Assembly (NCBI GenBank): GCA_963843575.1
Contig: CAWJKZ010000012.1
Coordinates: 64,001 to 128,000 of the forward strand
DNA: 64,000 bases
Direction of reading: 5' to 3'
Source: an uncultured Acidobacteriota bacterium
GTDB taxonomy: Bacteria; Acidobacteriota; UBA6911
Both the position numbers and the translations under genes were made by a program. Under the pieces are notes generated by a model. It saw only the letters and a program-made list of their open reading frames with translations, made no database searches and had not been told where the DNA came from. Positions within the stretch are counted from its first letter, which is position 1. The number at the start of each line of letters is the position of its first letter. This document shows, piece after piece, positions 1 to 11,205 of this stretch.

Positions 1-467
1 GCATCACGCGCCTCGCGCGCGCCTACAACACCATCGTCCCTTCCAGCGGCAAGGTGCTCTCCGGGCGGCGTCGACGCCAATGCGCTCGAGAAGCCCAAGC
101 GGTTCTTCGGCGCAGCCCGCAAGATCGAGGAGGGCGGGAGCCTCACCATCATGGCGACCGCCCTGATCGACACCGGCAGCCGCATGGACGACGTGATCTT
201 CGAGGAGTTCAAGGGCACCGGCAACATGGAGATCATCCTCGACCGCAAACTCGTCGACAAGCGGATTTTCCCGGCCATCGACATCAACCGGTCCGGGACG
301 CGCAAGGAGGAACTGCTCGTCGAACGCCTCGGACCTGAACAAGATCTGGATCCTGCGCAAGGTCCTCAATCCGTTGTCGATCGACGAAGCCATGGACCTG
401 CTGCTCGACAAGCTGCGCAAGTCGGACAGCAACGCAGGAATTCCTCACTTCGCTCAACAAAGGCTGA
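1..467 (+). CDS. rho: Transcription termination factor Rho, C-terminal part (5'-truncated, frameshifted)
   Basis: ITRLARAYN...[48 protein letters not shown]; split over frames; TGA at 465-467. Confidence 0.95.
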
Positions 468-565
468 TCCCGCTATCGGAAGCCTGCCGCGCGCGTCTAC
501 GGCCATCCGCTCCGCCTCGTGCGCGGCCCCGGGGGAGCCGTAGCCCGGTTGCCTCGGAGAACCAG

Positions 566-1559
566 ATGGAACTGGCCGCACACATCCAGACGATCAACGA
601 AAAGGTCAAGGCCGAAAGCGGCTTCGTCCAGCAGCTCGCCGGCGAGGTGCACCGCGTCATCGTCGGCCAGAAGTACATGGTCGAACGGCTGCTGATCGGC
701 CTGCTGACCCGCGGCCACATCCTGCTGGAAGGCGTCCCGGGGCTGGCCAAGACGCTGGCCGTCAAGACCCTCTCCTCGGCGATCGACACCCGCTTTCAGC
801 GCATCCAGTTCACCCCGGACCTCCTTCCGGCCGACCTGATCGGCACCATGATCTTCAACCCCAAGGACGGCACCTTCAGCCCGAAGAAGGGCCCCATCTT
901 CTCCAACATCATGCTGGCCGACGAGATCAACCGCGCCCCCGCCAAGGTCCAGAGCGCGCTGCTCGAGGCCATGCAGGAACGCCAGGTGACCATCGGCGAG
1001 GCGACCTACCCGCTCGAAGAACCGTTCCTCGTCCTGGCCACCCAGAACCCCATCGAGCAGGAGGGCACCTATCCGCTGCCGGAGGCGCAGATCGACCGGT
1101 TCATGCTCAAGCTGAAGATCGACTACCCCGACCGGAAGGAGGAGCGCCAGATCCTCGACCTCATGGCCAGGGACGAGCCGATCGCCGGTCAGCCAGGTCG
1201 TCAAACCGGCCGACATCCTGCGGGTGCGCGAAGTGGTCAAGGAAATCTACATGGACGAACGATCAAGGACTACATCGTCCAGCTCGTCTTCGCGACCCGG
1301 CGCCCCCAGGAGTTCAAGCTCGACCTGAAAGGACTCATCCAGTTCGGCGCCTCGCCGCGCGCGACGATCTTTCTGGCCCAGGCCTCCCGCGCTCACGCAT
1401 TCGTCAAGGGGCGCGGTTATGTGACACCCGAGGATGTCAAGGCCATCGGGCTCGACGTGCTGCGCCACCGCGTCATCCTGACCTACGAGGCCGAGGCCGA
1501 GGAAGTCACGACCGGAGTCGGTGATCAGCCGCATTTTCGACGCCGTCCAGGTCCCCTAG
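566..1559 (+). CDS. moxR: MoxR family AAA+ ATPase (internal frameshifts)
   Basis: LLEGVPGLAKT Walker A, RIQFTPDLLPAD, LADEINRAPAKVQSALLEAMQE, ATQNPIEQEGTYPLPEAQ; GGAG before ATG 566. Confidence 0.93.
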
Positions 1560-1636
1560 GGCAGGCTTGTCCGCTTACCCCGAAGGCTCCAAGGACCCGA
1601 CGAAGCACGGGCCGAGGCGCACAACACCGGGTTCCC

Positions 1637-2515
<879 letters not shown>

Positions 2516-2539
2516 CGGTCCGGCCTTCGATGACGTCCC

Positions 2540-3600
2540 ATGACAAACACGTGCCGACCCCTTGCGGGCCGGGACCCTCACCCGCCTCCTCCGCTGCGCC
2601 CTGGCCTGCCTCGGCCTGCAACGCCCTGGCCCTCTTCGCCGCGGCCCAGATCCAGCCCGCCGCGCCCGCCCTGCCCGCCGGGCGTCCGGGTCGGCATCAG
2701 CGCACAACCGAAGACCGCCACCGTGGGCGACCCGATCACCATCGAGGTGGACGTGACGCACCCCGCCGGTTACCGGGTGCAGATGCCGAAACCCGGCGCA
2801 CAGCTGGGCGACTTCACCCTCCTCGAGTTCGCCCCCGCGCCCAGCGCCCGCAGGCGACGCCGCGAGCCGAGTCCGCCACCGGGCACGACAGGCTGCGGCT
2901 GGCGGTCGCCGTCTACAAGACGGGCACGTTCACGCTGCCCCCCCTCTCGCTCACCGTGACGGCCCCCGACGGCAAGGAGTTCCCGGCGACCACCCCCGAG
3001 GTGAGCGTGACGATCCAATCGGTACTCACCGACAAGGACACGGCCCTGAAAGGCCTCAAAAACCAGGCCGAGATCGAAGAGCCCTTCCCCTGGCGCACGT
3101 GGCTGGCCGCGCCTCGGCGGTGCTGCTGGGCGGCATCGCTCGCGTGGTGGCTGCTGCGACGGCGACGACGCCTGCGACGCCTTTCCGGAGCCCGGCGCCA
3201 ACCGCAACTCAGTCCGCTCGAGATCGCCGAAGTCGAACTGCGCGATCTGGCCGCGCGCGGACTGGTCGAGAAGGGGCACGATGAAGCAGTTCTACGTGAG
3301 CCTCTCCGACATCCTGCGCATGATACTCGAAGGCGGTTTCTCGGTGACGACCGCCGAGAAGACGACGACGGAAATCGTCGAGGCCCTGCACGACAGGCGC
3401 CAGCCCGAAGCCGGACGACGCGCGGCTGTCCTCCATCGAGGCCCTCCTGATGGAGTGCGACCTCGTCAAGTTCGCCAAGTTCGTCCCCCCGCGCGAGGAG
3501 GCGGCCGCGGCCCTGAAGGCCGCCATCGAGCTGCTCGGTTTCTGCAAGGCGCTGCGGGCCGCCCCGGCCCCCAGCAGCCCCGGCGGTGGAGGTGAAGTGA
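2540..3600 (+). CDS. Bat-operon membrane protein (BatD-like N-terminus, one TM), several frameshifts; start approximate
   Basis: Fragments TATVGDPITIEVDV, YKTGTFTLPPLSL, KQFYVSLSDILR, CDLVKFAK typical of the gene between DUF58 and batA. Confidence 0.7.
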
Positions 3601-4589
3601 TGCACTTCGCGAGCCCGTGGGCCCTGGCCATGCTTGCCGTGGTGCCCGCCCTCGTCTGGCGCTACGTACGCAGGCTGCGCCGCGGCGAGGGGAGCCTGCG
3701 CTTTGCCTCGACCCTTGCACTGGAAGGGGTTCGCCCGCCCTGGACCGTGCGCGCCCGCCACTGCATCTTCGGCGCGAAAATGGTCGCCCTGCTCCTGGCG
3801 ATCGTCGCCATCGCGCGGCCGCAGGAGGGAACAGCCGAGGAGGAAATCCTCACCGAGGGCGTGGATATCGTGGTGGCGCTGGACGCCTCCGGGAGCATGG
3901 CCGCCGAGGACTTCGAGCCCCAGAACCGTCTGTTTGTCGCCAAGACGGTCGTCCGCAAGTTCGTCGAAGGGTCCCGGCAGGACCGCATCGGGCTGGTCGT
4001 CTTCGCGGGCAAGGCGTTTACCCGCTGCCCGCTGACGCTCGACTACGGCGTGCTGTTGAACGTTTTGGAAGACGTGCGGCTCGGGACCATCGAGGACGGT
4101 ACCGCGATCGGCAACGGGCTCGCCACCTGCCTCAACCGGCTGCGCGAAAGCAGGGCCAGATCCAAGGTGATCATCCTGGCCACCGACGGCGTCAACAACC
4201 GCGGCGAAATCCAGCCGCTCGACGCCGCCCAGATGGCCAAGGCGCTCGGAGTCAAAATCTACACCATCGGCGTCGGCAGCCAGGGCACGGCCCGTTTCCC
4301 GGTGGACGATGCCAACTACGGCAGGGTCTATGTCAACCTGCCCGTGGAAATCGACGAGTCGTCACTGACACGGATCGCAGAAAGCACGGGGGGCATTTAT
4401 TACCGGGCGACCGATCGCCCCTCGCTCGAGCGGATCTTCCAGGAGATCGGCCGCCTGGAAAAAACCCGCGTAGAGGTCAAGACCTACACCCATTACAACG
4501 AACGTTACCATGAACTGCTGCTCCCCGCCCTCGGCCTCGTGTTCGCCGCCACGCTGGCGGGTTTCAGCCGGTTCGGCAAGCTGCCCTGA
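3600..4589 (+). CDS. batA: BatA-like VWA domain protein
   Basis: MHFASPWAL N-terminus, ARPQ, DIVVALDASGSM MIDAS, GTAIGNGL, TDG. Confidence 0.9.
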   Translation: MHFASPWALAMLAVVPALVWRYVRRLRRGEGSLRFASTLALEGVRPPWTVRARHCIFGAKMVALLLAIVAIARPQEGTAEEEILTEGVDIVVALDASGSMAAEDFEPQNRLFVAKTVVRKFVEGSRQDRIGLVVFAGKAFTRCPLTLDYGVLLNVLEDVRLGTIEDGTAIGNGLATCLNRLRESRARSKVIILATDGVNNRGEIQPLDAAQMAKALGVKIYTIGVGSQGTARFPVDDANYGRVYVNLPVEIDESSLTRIAESTGGIYYRATDRPSLERIFQEIGRLEKTRVEVKTYTHYNERYHELLLPALGLVFAATLAGFSRFGKLP

Positions 4590-4595
4590 TACGCC

Positions 4596-5639
4596 ATGCA
4601 CTTTGCGCGTCCCGGATTCCTGATGCTTCTCTGGCTCGTGCCCGCGCTCGCCCTCTTCTTCGTCTTCGCCTTGAGGAGCCGGCGAAAAAGGCTGGAGCGG
4701 CTGATTTCCCCCGCACTCGTGCCCCAGCTCACCACCGAATACAGTCGCGCCCGAACCGTCCTGCGCGCGCTGCTGCTGCTGGGGGCGTTCACCTTCGGCA
4801 TCCTCGCACTGGCGCGCCCGCAGTGGGGCGCCCGGCTCGAGACAGTTCGACGCCGGGGCGTCGACATCATGGTCGCCCTGGATACCTCTTACAGCATGAA
4901 TGCCGAGGATGTCGCACCGACCCGTTTGGCGAAGGCCAAACGCGAGATCCACGCGCTGCTGGGCAGGCTCAAGGGCGACCGGATCGGCCTGCTCAGCTTT
5001 GCCGGAACGGCCCTCGTCCAGTGCCCGCTCACGCTGGACTATGGCGCCGCCGCCCTGTTTCTCGACATGGCCAACACCGAGACGATCCCCGAGCCCGGGA
5101 CCTCCCTGGCCGCCGCGATCGAAGCAGCCAACTCCGCATTCATCGCTAAGGAAAGAAAGTACAAGGCCCTCGTCATGATGACGGACGGCGAGGACTTGCA
5201 GGGGCAGGTCGACGATGCGGTCGAAAAGGCGAAGGCCGCGGGGATTATCATCTACACCATCGGCGTGGGCACCCCGGAAGGCAAGCCCATCCCCGTACGA
5301 GACCCGCAAGGCAATATAGTAGAATATCGCAAGGACCCCAACGGCCAGATCGTCATCAGCAGCCTCGACGAGAGAGCCCTGGCCCGGATCGCAGAGGCCA
5401 CCGGGGGGCGCTATTACAGGGCCACCACCTCCGAGAGCGAACTGGATGAACTATACGACGAGGTTTCACAGCTGGAGAAGAAAGATCTCGAATCCAGGCT
5501 GTTTCAAAACTATGAGGATCAGTTCCAGTACCCCCTCGGGCTGGCGCTGCTGTTCCTTGCGGCCGAGGCGTGGATCACCGAACGGCGCACCTCGCGCCCT
5601 TCCCGCCGGCAACGGCTGCGTGAGTCCGATGCTGATTGA
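4596..5639 (+). CDS. batB: BatB-like VWA domain protein
   Basis: LARPQWG, DIMVALDTSYSMNAEDVAPTRL, TDGED, YEDQFQYPL. Confidence 0.9.
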   Translation: MHFARPGFLMLLWLVPALALFFVFALRSRRKRLERLISPALVPQLTTEYSRARTVLRALLLLGAFTFGILALARPQWGARLETVRRRGVDIMVALDTSYSMNAEDVAPTRLAKAKREIHALLGRLKGDRIGLLSFAGTALVQCPLTLDYGAAALFLDMANTETIPEPGTSLAAAIEAANSAFIAKERKYKALVMMTDGEDLQGQVDDAVEKAKAAGIIIYTIGVGTPEGKPIPVRDPQGNIVEYRKDPNGQIVISSLDERALARIAEATGGRYYRATTSESELDELYDEVSQLEKKDLESRLFQNYEDQFQYPLGLALLFLAAEAWITERRTSRPSRRQRLRESDAD

Positions 5640-6537
5640 AACGCCCCTGCTCGACTGGGTCTCGGCTTCGGCCAGGACGATATCAGGACCGTGCGTGCCG
5701 TTTAGCAGGCACCGTGTGGCAGCGGCAAGAAAAACGTCCGGCCTGAAGCCCGGACCCGCCGGCTCTGCGCAAACTGCCGCGGCGCGGGCGGCGCTTGCCC
5801 TGTTGCTCGGGCTCGGGCTTGGGGCTGCCGCGGCTGCAAACGCCGCCTCTGTCGCATCACGAAACCGGCAGGGCAACCGCCTTTACGCCGAGGGCAAGTA
5901 CCAGGAAGCCGAGAAGGCGTACCTGGAGGCACAGGCGGCGGAGCCGTCCAGGCCGGAATTGATCTACAACCTCGGCAACACCCTCCTGAGGCAGAAGAAA
6001 TACGACCAGGCGGTCCAGGCCCTCAACCAGGCGGTCGGCAAGGGCAACCGCGGCCTCCAGGGGAACGCCTGGTACAACCTCGGCAACGCGCTGTTTGAAA
6101 CCGGGAAATACAGGAACGCGGCCGATGCCTACGTCCAGACCCTCCGGATCAACCCCGCCGACCACGAGGCCAAGCAGAACCTCGAACTCGCCCTGCGCAA
6201 GCTCCAGGAACAACAGAAGCAGCAGGCGGCAGGGGGAGACCGCAACCCGCAGCAGCAGAACCAGGACCAATCGTCCCGGAAGAACGAGTCTGCGGGAAAG
6301 GACGAGGACAAGCGGTCCGACAAGCAGGAAAACCAGCAGAGCCGCTCCGGCCCGGAACAGAAGCAACAGGAACAGCCCGCCAATCCGCAGGCGACCCAGG
6401 CCGACGGGCGTGAAGGGGGACTAAGCAGGGAACGGGCGCTGCAGATCCTGGACGCCCTGCAGAACCAGGAACTGGCCGACCAGCGTAAACTGCTGGAGCG
6501 CCAGGCACGACGAAAAGCGATAGGGAAGGACTGGTGA
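5629..6537 (+). CDS. batC: BatC-like TPR protein with Q-rich linker
   Basis: YNLGN TPR repeats, AKQNLELALR, Q-rich region, KDW C-terminus; start uncertain (ATG 5629 overlaps the batB end). Confidence 0.85.
   Translation: MLIETPLLDWVSASARTISGPCVPFSRHRVAAARKTSGLKPGPAGSAQTAAARAALALLLGLGLGAAAAANAASVASRNRQGNRLYAEGKYQEAEKAYLEAQAAEPSRPELIYNLGNTLLRQKKYDQAVQALNQAVGKGNRGLQGNAWYNLGNALFETGKYRNAADAYVQTLRINPADHEAKQNLELALRKLQEQQKQQAAGGDRNPQQQNQDQSSRKNESAGKDEDKRSDKQENQQSRSGPEQKQQEQPANPQATQADGREGGLSRERALQILDALQNQELADQRKLLERQARRKAIGKDW
5655..5760. repeat. Degenerate REPIN (REP family 1) in the 5' part of batC
   Basis: tgggtctcggcttcggccaggacg ... cgtccggcctgaagcccggacccg inverted pair resembling 15094..15203. 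Confidence 0.65.
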
Positions 6538-8372
6538 GGTCAACGCGCCCAATCCAAATCCATGCGCTCCTGTTGCTGACGGCCGTGGCGCTTTTCTGCC
6601 CGGCGGCGCCCGCGCAGGACGTGCAGGTCAGCGCATCGACAGGCTCCGAAGAGGTGGGGGCACTGGAACAGTTCGACCTGACCATCCAGGTATCGGGCCG
6701 GGACAGCGGCGACGCGGAAACGCCCCAGTTGCCTCGTCTGAGCGGGTTCCAGGTCGTCGGGGGCCCGAACGTCAGCACCAGCTTCCAGTGGATCAACGGC
6801 ACCGTCAGCAGCTCCAAGACCTTCACCTACACCCTGCTGCCCGGTAAGGAGGGTCAGTTCACGATAGATCCGGTCGAGGTGCGGGTCGGCGGCAAGACCT
6901 ATCGCACCGCGCCCGTGCCCATCCGCGTCGTGCCGGGTCAGGGGAGGCCCCGTCCTGCGCCGCGCCAGAGGCTCGATCCGTTCTTCGAGGAGGAACCGCA
7001 GGACGCACGCAGCCGGGTGGCACAGGACGATCTGTTCGTCGTCGCGGAACTCGATCGCGCTGCGGTCTTCGTGGGCCAGCAGGCCACGCTCTCGTACCAC
7101 CTGCTCACGCGCGTCGGCGTGACCGGGGTGCAACTGCAGGACAGCCCGCCGCTGTCGGGCTTCTGGCTGGAAGACCTCGAGGTCCCCAAGGACCCCACCG
7201 GCACCCGCCGAACAGTTGGAGGCAGGGAGTACGTCGACTTCGTTTTGAAAAGGCAGGCCCTGTTTCCGACCAGCACGGGGTCCCTGAAGATTCCCCCGTC
7301 GACCTTCGCGATTTCGGCCAAGACGCCGGGCGATTTCTTCGGCGTGTTCGGCCGGACCGAAACCCTCTACCGCAAATCGAAAGAACTGGCCCTGGAGGCG
7401 CAACCCCTGCCCCCGCACGGGAAGCCCGCGGGATTCTCCAATGCGGTCGGCGCCTTCAATCTCACGATGAGCACCGACAAGGATCACGCCACCACGGGCG
7501 AGGCCGTGGCCCTGCGGGTCCGACTCGAGGGACGCGGCAACCTGAAGATGATCCCGGACATCGCCTTGCCCCCCATACCAGACTTCACAGTCTACCCCGC
7601 CAAGCGCGCCGACAACATCCGGCCGTTCGAAGGCAGCCTGATCGGCGGGGATAAGACCTGGGAATATGTCGTGGTCCCGAAGGTAGCGGGCCGGCAGGTG
7701 ATCCCGCCGCTGTCGTTTTCTTATTTCGATCCTGCAAAACAGGCCTTCGAGACCGTCAGCACACAGCCGATCACACTGGAAGTAGCCCGCGGCGACAGCC
7801 CCGGCGATTCCGGCGGCGGGCTGGCGGGGCTGAGCAAGCAGAACCTCACGCGCCAGGGCACGGACATCAACTTCATCAAGCTGACGACCGACGACCTCAA
7901 ACCCGGGCAGGTCCCGCCGTATCGTTTGTGGTGGTTTTATGCGCTCGCCGCGGTCCCGGTGTCGTTCAACCTCGGCGCCTACCTCTACCAGAGGCGGCGC
8001 GTGAAGGAATCTGGCGACCTTGCTGGGGCGCGCAGTCGCAAAGCACGCCGGGTGGCCCTGGCCAGGCTCAGGAGAGCCGAGGCGTCGGGGGGGGCCGACC
8101 CGCGCCGCTTCTACGACGAAACTGCCACTGCGATTTCCGGGTACCTCGCCGACCGCTTCAATCTTCCTGAAATCGCCGTGACAAGCGATTCGCTGGAACG
8201 CACCCTGGCGGAAAAGAACGTCACCCCGGAGGCCGTCGCGGAAGTCGTCTCGTGTCTGCGCGAATGCGATTTCGGCCGGTTCGTGTCGGCCTCGCCCTCG
8301 TCGGTCTCGATGCGGGCCCTCTCCGGGAGAATCAGGGCCACGGTCGAAAAACTGGAGCGAACCGGCCGATGA
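6534..8372 (+). CDS. batD: BatD family protein
   Basis: Signal peptide, Ig-like BatD repeats, FSNAVGAF, FSYFDP, C-terminal TM and helical domain. Confidence 0.88.
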   Translation: MRSTRPIQIHALLLLTAVALFCPAAPAQDVQVSASTGSEEVGALEQFDLTIQVSGRDSGDAETPQLPRLSGFQVVGGPNVSTSFQWINGTVSSSKTFTYTLLPGKEGQFTIDPVEVRVGGKTYRTAPVPIRVVPGQGRPRPAPRQRLDPFFEEEPQDARSRVAQDDLFVVAELDRAAVFVGQQATLSYHLLTRVGVTGVQLQDSPPLSGFWLEDLEVPKDPTGTRRTVGGREYVDFVLKRQALFPTSTGSLKIPPSTFAISAKTPGDFFGVFGRTETLYRKSKELALEAQPLPPHGKPAGFSNAVGAFNLTMSTDKDHATTGEAVALRVRLEGRGNLKMIPDIALPPIPDFTVYPAKRADNIRPFEGSLIGGDKTWEYVVVPKVAGRQVIPPLSFSYFDPAKQAFETVSTQPITLEVARGDSPGDSGGGLAGLSKQNLTRQGTDINFIKLTTDDLKPGQVPPYRLWWFYALAAVPVSFNLGAYLYQRRRVKESGDLAGARSRKARRVALARLRRAEASGGADPRRFYDETATAISGYLADRFNLPEIAVTSDSLERTLAEKNVTPEAVAEVVSCLRECDFGRFVSASPSSVSMRALSGRIRATVEKLERTGR

Positions 8373-9145
8373 AGCGTTATCCCTTGATCCTCGTCCTCCT
8401 GCTCGCCTGCGTCGGGCCGGCCCGCCCGGAGATCGCACCGAGCCCTGAAGCGCTGGCCCGCACCTTCGCCGAGGCCAACGGCGCCTATCAGAAGGGCGAT
8501 TATGGCGCCGCGGAGCTGCTCTACCGAAAGCTGCTGGACGCGACCGTCGACAGCGGAGCCGTTTATTACAACCTCGGGAACATCTGTTTCAAGCAAAGGA
8601 GGTTGGGCGAAGCCATATACTACTGGGAGAAGGCGCGGCGCAAAATGCCCGGGGACCGCGACGTCCGGGAAAACCTCGAACTGGCGAACCTGATGATCAT
8701 CGACCGGATCGAAGTGCAGCCCGCTCCCTTCCCCGTGCGCATGGCTGCACGCTTCACCAACCTGCTCGGCATCGCGCAGGAAAGCTGGCTGGTCCTGCTG
8801 CTCTTCACGACCGCGAACCTGCTGTTCGGGTTCTATCTGCTGGCACGCAACTGGCGGCACGCCTTCCGGGCCCTGGTCGGCATGCTGGGCGCCCTTGCGC
8901 TGCTGCTGGTTTTCGGCGCCTCGCTCGGCTGGAAGATCTACCACGGCGCGCAGAACCGGGAAGGCGTCGTCGTCGAAGCCAAGGCGGATGTCCGGAGCGG
9001 CCCGGGCAACGACAACGTCACGGTCTTTACTGTGCACGAGGGGATCCTGGTGCAGGTGCGGGGGGCCGCCGGAGACTGGTTCCAGGTCAGCCTGCCCAAC
9101 GGCTGGAGCGGTTGGGTCCAGGCCCGCGCGCTCCGCATCCTCTGA
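8369..9145 (+). CDS. batE: BatE-like TPR + SH3 protein
   Basis: YYNLGN TPR, two TMs, VRSGPG...VHEG...GWV SH3b; ATGA overlap with batD. Confidence 0.87.
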   Translation: MKRYPLILVLLLACVGPARPEIAPSPEALARTFAEANGAYQKGDYGAAELLYRKLLDATVDSGAVYYNLGNICFKQRRLGEAIYYWEKARRKMPGDRDVRENLELANLMIIDRIEVQPAPFPVRMAARFTNLLGIAQESWLVLLLFTTANLLFGFYLLARNWRHAFRALVGMLGALALLLVFGASLGWKIYHGAQNREGVVVEAKADVRSGPGNDNVTVFTVHEGILVQVRGAAGDWFQVSLPNGWSGWVQARALRIL

Positions 9146-9214
9146 AACCGGCGGCCGTCGAGTCCTCGGGTCGGGACGCCGACGCACGAAGCTGGATTAC
9201 GACGGAGACAGGCC

Positions 9215-10210
9215 ATGGCCAAGATCAAGTGGGGCGTCTTAGGGTGCGCCAGTTTCGCGCGCAGGCGTACGATCCCCGCACTGTTGACGACCCCCTCGGC
9301 GGAACTGGTCGGGGTCGCCAGCCGCAACCGCGAAAAGTCGGAGTCCTTCCGCGCGGATTTCGGGCTGCCCCGGGCCTTTGGCAGCTACGAGGAGATGATC
9401 GAGGACCCGGAGATCCAGGCCGTCTACATCCCGCTGCCAAACGGGCTGCACGGGGAGTGGACGATCAAGGCGGCGCGGGCGCGAAAGCACTGCGTGACCG
9501 AGAAACCGTTTGCAGCGAATGCCGCGGAGGCGCGCGAGGTGGCCAGCGTGGCGGCGCAGGAAGGCGTCTTCGTGACGGAAGCATTCATGTGGCGCCTGCA
9601 CGAGCAGCACCTCGCCGCGCGCACCGCGATAGCCGACGGGGCGATCGGTCCGGTCCGGCTTGTGCGCAGCTCTTTCACCTACCCGATCGCGCGCCAGCCC
9701 AATGTCCGGCTGGTGCCGTCGCTGGCCGGCGGGTGCGTCATGGACATCGGATGCTACCCCGTCAGCGCCGCCCGGTATTACTTCGGCTCGGAGCCGACCG
9801 TGGCGTATGCGCGCGGCAGCATCGACCCGGAGTACGGCGTGGACATGCGGGTCGGCGGGGTGCTCGAGTTCCCCGAGGGGCGCGCCCTGTTCGATTGCGG
9901 GTTCGACCTTCCCTTCCGCGTCGATCTCGAAGTAGTGGGCGAGACAGGCATCCTGCGGGTCCCGAAACCCTGGCTCCCGGACCCCGAGGCGGTTATCAGC
10001 ATCAACGGCGAGGAACGAAAGTTCCCCGAGCAGAACCAGTATGTCAGCCAGTTCGAGCAGTTCTCCCAGTCGATCCTGCGCGGAACCCTCCCGCCGTACG
10101 GCCCGGAGGACGCCGTCCTGCAGATGTCCGCCATCGATGCCGTGCTCCGGTCGGTCCGAAGCGGCAGCCCGGAGCCGGTGGGCGGGGGCGGCCCGACCCC
10201 GCCCCGCTGA
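9215..10210 (+). CDS. Gfo/Idh/MocA family oxidoreductase
   Basis: WGVLGCASFA, VYIPLPNGLH, EKPF, GGCVMDIGCY. Confidence 0.92.
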   Translation: MAKIKWGVLGCASFARRRTIPALLTTPSAELVGVASRNREKSESFRADFGLPRAFGSYEEMIEDPEIQAVYIPLPNGLHGEWTIKAARARKHCVTEKPFAANAAEAREVASVAAQEGVFVTEAFMWRLHEQHLAARTAIADGAIGPVRLVRSSFTYPIARQPNVRLVPSLAGGCVMDIGCYPVSAARYYFGSEPTVAYARGSIDPEYGVDMRVGGVLEFPEGRALFDCGFDLPFRVDLEVVGETGILRVPKPWLPDPEAVISINGEERKFPEQNQYVSQFEQFSQSILRGTLPPYGPEDAVLQMSAIDAVLRSVRSGSPEPVGGGGPTPPR

Positions 10211-10275
10211 TCCGTTGATTGTAGATCCGGAGCCGCGTCGAGCCGCCGCGGCCCACTCGGCCCGGCCAGACGACC

Positions 10276-10878
10276 TTACTGCCCCGGCCGGCCCCTCTTG
10301 AGGACGTGGGTGACGCGCGCCACGCGCTCTCCCAGCTGCAAACCCTCCTCGAGGTCGGCTCGTGCGAGCGGCTGGTCCCCCTCGCCGGTTGTGGCCGTGG
10401 CCCCGAGGGACTGCCCTTCGCTCAGGACCAGCATGCGGTTGCCCAGCATCGCGCCGAGGATGCCGAGCAGGGTCAGCTCTTTTCCGCTGGCCACCCCGCC
10501 GCCGGTCGTGAAGGCGGCCCCCACCTTGTCCCTCATCTGGAATTGCGGCGGCGCAATCTTGCATTCGTTGGTGAAGCGGTCAAAGAACGCCTTGATCTCG
10601 GCCGACATGTTGGACCAGTACACGGGCGAGCCGACCACGAGGGCGTCCGTGGCCAGCAGTTCCTGGCACGTGACCTTCCCCGGGGCCCGGACCTGGACCT
10701 CGGTGCCGGGCACCCGGCGCGCACCCTGTTCGACGGCCCGGGCCAGGGCTTCCGTGTGGCCCTTCACGGAATGATAGACAATCAGGAGGTTGACCGTTTC
10801 CGTGCTCGCCTGCGGGTTCGCGCTCCCCGCGGCCAGACCGATCAGCACAGGGACCAGCACCGCCAGCCTCGGCTTCAT
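10276..10878 (-). CDS. WrbA/flavodoxin-like NAD(P)H-dependent oxidoreductase with N-terminal signal peptide
   Basis: IVYHSVKGHTEALA, GSPVYWSNM, KVGAAFTTGG; GGAG before ATG. Confidence 0.85.
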   Translation of the reverse strand: MKPRLAVLVPVLIGLAAGSANPQASTETVNLLIVYHSVKGHTEALARAVEQGARRVPGTEVQVRAPGKVTCQELLATDALVVGSPVYWSNMSAEIKAFFDRFTNECKIAPPQFQMRDKVGAAFTTGGGVASGKELTLLGILGAMLGNRMLVLSEGQSLGATATTGEGDQPLARADLEEGLQLGERVARVTHVLKRGRPGQ

Positions 10879-10955
10879 AGCTCCTCCAGTTCTCACTGAC
10901 ACCTGCTCCAGTCCCGTCGCTTGAAGGTGCGCTCCGGAGCGGACCTCAAAGGTAA

Positions 10956-11195
10956 GGGCTCGCGCAAGAATAATTTCACATTTTGCTGACGGCTCCCGAG
11001 CCAACAGATCCTACTGCAAGCAACGATAGGAGATTGCTTTTAGCGGAGCCGTCGGCCCTCCGGGGCGCGGCGGCGGGCGGGCATCTGCGGCGTTGCCGCA
11101 CCTCGACGATGTCCCCACATCGCCTGCGTCGCGGCGCCTGGCATCTGCCCGCCCGGCGCTCGCGCCAAAATGTGAACTTATTCTTGCGCGCGTCC
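10956..11195. mobile_element. MITE-like non-autonomous element, ~30-bp imperfect TIRs, TAA target duplication
   Basis: Left gggctcgcgcaagaataatttcacattttg; right end reverse complement ggacgcgcgcaagaataagttcacattttg; taa on both flanks. Confidence 0.75.
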
Positions 11196-11205
11196 TAAGT
11201 AGTTC

